IMG/VR virus record: IMGVR_UViG_3300020045_004506
Location: 1 to 26,661 of that record
Source: a virus
Lineage: Duplodnaviria > Caudoviricetes
DNA length: 26,661 nucleotides
Reading direction: 5' to 3' (one strand)
The notes below the pieces were generated by a model. The model made no database searches. It saw nothing but the letters and a program-made list of their open reading frames with translations, and was not told where the DNA came from. This document shows, piece by piece, positions 25,430 through 26,661 of the stretch. The position numbers and the translations under genes are program-made. How positions within the stretch are numbered: the first letter of the stretch is position 1; each line of letters starts with the position of its first letter.

Positions 25430-26458
25430 CTACGCTTTCTTTCCGTGAGCCGAAGATTCGGCGTGTCCGTTAGAAGTGACCTCAACAAATGTAGCATTCT
25501 TTCTGAATTCTGTCAAGTTGCTAGCTCCGACATACGAAAGAGCGCTTCGGAGTCCGCCCTCAATTTCAGCGAGAATATTCTTGACCGGTCCTTTAAGAGG
25601 AATATAAAACTCTTCACCTTCGGCAGTAGACCACTCTTTTACTTGGTCTTTATAAGAGCTTGCTGCCGCAGAACCGCGAAACTTTTTACGTGGAACTGCT
25701 CCTAGACCGCCCAATGTCTGTTCCCCGGGACTTTCATCAGTTCCTGCCAGCATTCCGCCGAGCATTACTACGGAAGCGCCTGCAGCAAGTCCTTTTGCTA
25801 CGTCGCCGGGAGTTTTAAAGCCGCCATCGCCTATGATAATCTCGTTGTTATCTTGAGCAGCAAAATCCATAATAGATGCCAATGTGGGCATTCCGCAGCC
25901 TGTCTTAACGCGAGTCGTACATGCCGACCCTCCTCCAACACCCACCCGCCATACCAGGCGTTCATTAAGGTCTTCCGCATTTGCCTCATAAACAATCATT
26001 TCAATTTGACGAGCTATAGAAAAATTACCCACCATTAAATATAAATGAGGATATTTTGAATTAACATTAAATATCCATTCCGAGTTTACCTTCATTCCGC
26101 CGTGTGCAACATCGAGCAATACCTTATTCGCCCCAACATATACAAGAGCGTCTAGCCGTTCTGAGTCATTTAATCCAACAGATACAATAGGACTTCGGCC
26201 AGTTGCTTCGGTAACGTCTAGAAACTCTTTAACATTTGAACCTATCGGTTGAAAGCGATGAAGGGTTGCTAATCCTCCGGCTTTGTGTAATTCAATGGCT
26301 AGCGTTGTATTCGTTACCGTGTCCATAGGAGCGCTTAGGACGGGCAAGGTAAGCTTTTCTCCCATGAAGTCAACACTTAGGTCTACGTCTCTACGGCTCT
26401 TAATGGAAGAGAACCCCGGTACTATCAAAACATCATCGAACGCAAGGGCTTTCTTCAT
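25430..26458 (-). CDS. GMP reductase / IMP dehydrogenase family enzyme without CBS domains (GuaC-like more likely)
   Basis: LAFDDVLIVP, SAPMDTV, DVAHG, GVGGGSACTTRVKTG (catalytic Cys), DGG, MLGGMLAGTDESPG, GGLRSALSYVGA. Confidence 0.93.
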   Translation of the reverse strand: MKKALAFDDVLIVPGFSSIKSRRDVDLSVDFMGEKLTLPVLSAPMDTVTNTTLAIELHKAGGLATLHRFQPIGSNVKEFLDVTEATGRSPIVSVGLNDSERLDALVYVGANKVLLDVAHGGMKVNSEWIFNVNSKYPHLYLMVGNFSIARQIEMIVYEANAEDLNERLVWRVGVGGGSACTTRVKTGCGMPTLASIMDFAAQDNNEIIIGDGGFKTPGDVAKGLAAGASVVMLGGMLAGTDESPGEQTLGGLGAVPRKKFRGSAAASSYKDQVKEWSTAEGEEFYIPLKGPVKNILAEIEGGLRSALSYVGASNLTEFRKNATFVEVTSNGHAESSAHGKKA

Positions 26459-26640
26459 TTTTCTTCCTTCATATGAATTTCTCGATATTCTATATCACGA
26501 GCAAGATGTCTTATTCCGGAAAGGTCTGTATATTCTACATGGGCTTTTGTTTTTGTTAGAATTGCATATCCCAAAATATCTAGCTCGTTCTTTAATTCAT
26601 CTACGTGTGAATTTTTATACGGCGCAAACGTATATGCCAT
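26455..26640 (-). CDS. Hypothetical protein
   Basis: ATGA overlap with the GMPR/IMPDH gene. Confidence 0.6.
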   Translation of the reverse strand: MAYTFAPYKNSHVDELKNELDILGYAILTKTKAHVEYTDLSGIRHLARDIEYREIHMKEEK

Positions 26641-26661
26641 GCTTGACCAAGGATGTCTACC

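Larger units (their letters stand above)
1..26661. mobile_element. Tailed bacteriophage genome segment (podovirus-like virion module converging on a nucleotide-metabolism/accessory module)
   Basis: Abutting or overlapping ORFs in two convergent blocks. Tail fibre, adaptor, nozzle, ejection-like proteins, dUTPase, DUF3310 and several homing endonucleases. No tape measure, sheath or cellular housekeeping operon. Confidence 0.93.

Noticed and set aside
25430-25432. Genome-wide TAG reassignment (alternative genetic code)
   Set aside because: Long ORFs are intact under the standard code, and TAG ends genes at 7755, 17835 and 19722 at sensible boundaries.
1-26661. tRNA, rRNA, CRISPR array, integrase or invertase
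   Set aside because: None recognisable; intergenic gaps are too short and no regularly spaced repeats were seen.

Overview
A gene-dense segment of a tailed dsDNA phage, most likely podovirus-like; the host cannot be determined from the sequence. The + strand arm (~115-16524) carries virion genes: a tail fibre with two C1q/TNF-like domains, a head-tail adaptor-like gene, a GIY-YIG/NUMOD endonuclease, a 1468-aa tail nozzle-like protein, a GNAT-like protein, four probable ejection proteins and a zincin-like protein. The convergent - strand arm (16521-26640) carries a GMP reductase/IMPDH-family enzyme, an AAA+ ATPase, a metallophosphoesterase, a SLOG protein, DUF3310, dUTPase, three HNH-type nucleases and a membrane protein/trypsin protease/spanin-like cluster. 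Most unusual: (1) three strand-switch junctions in the first 2.8 kb, where genes break and continue on the opposite strand with sequence apparently missing, most simply amplification chimeras; (2) an AAA ATPase frame open for 66 extra codons back to the GMPR TAG with no ATG/GTG/TTG, implying an ATA start or readthrough; (3) a lysis-like cassette with a membrane-anchored protease where an endolysin would be expected. All family calls come from motif recognition by eye; no database searches were run.
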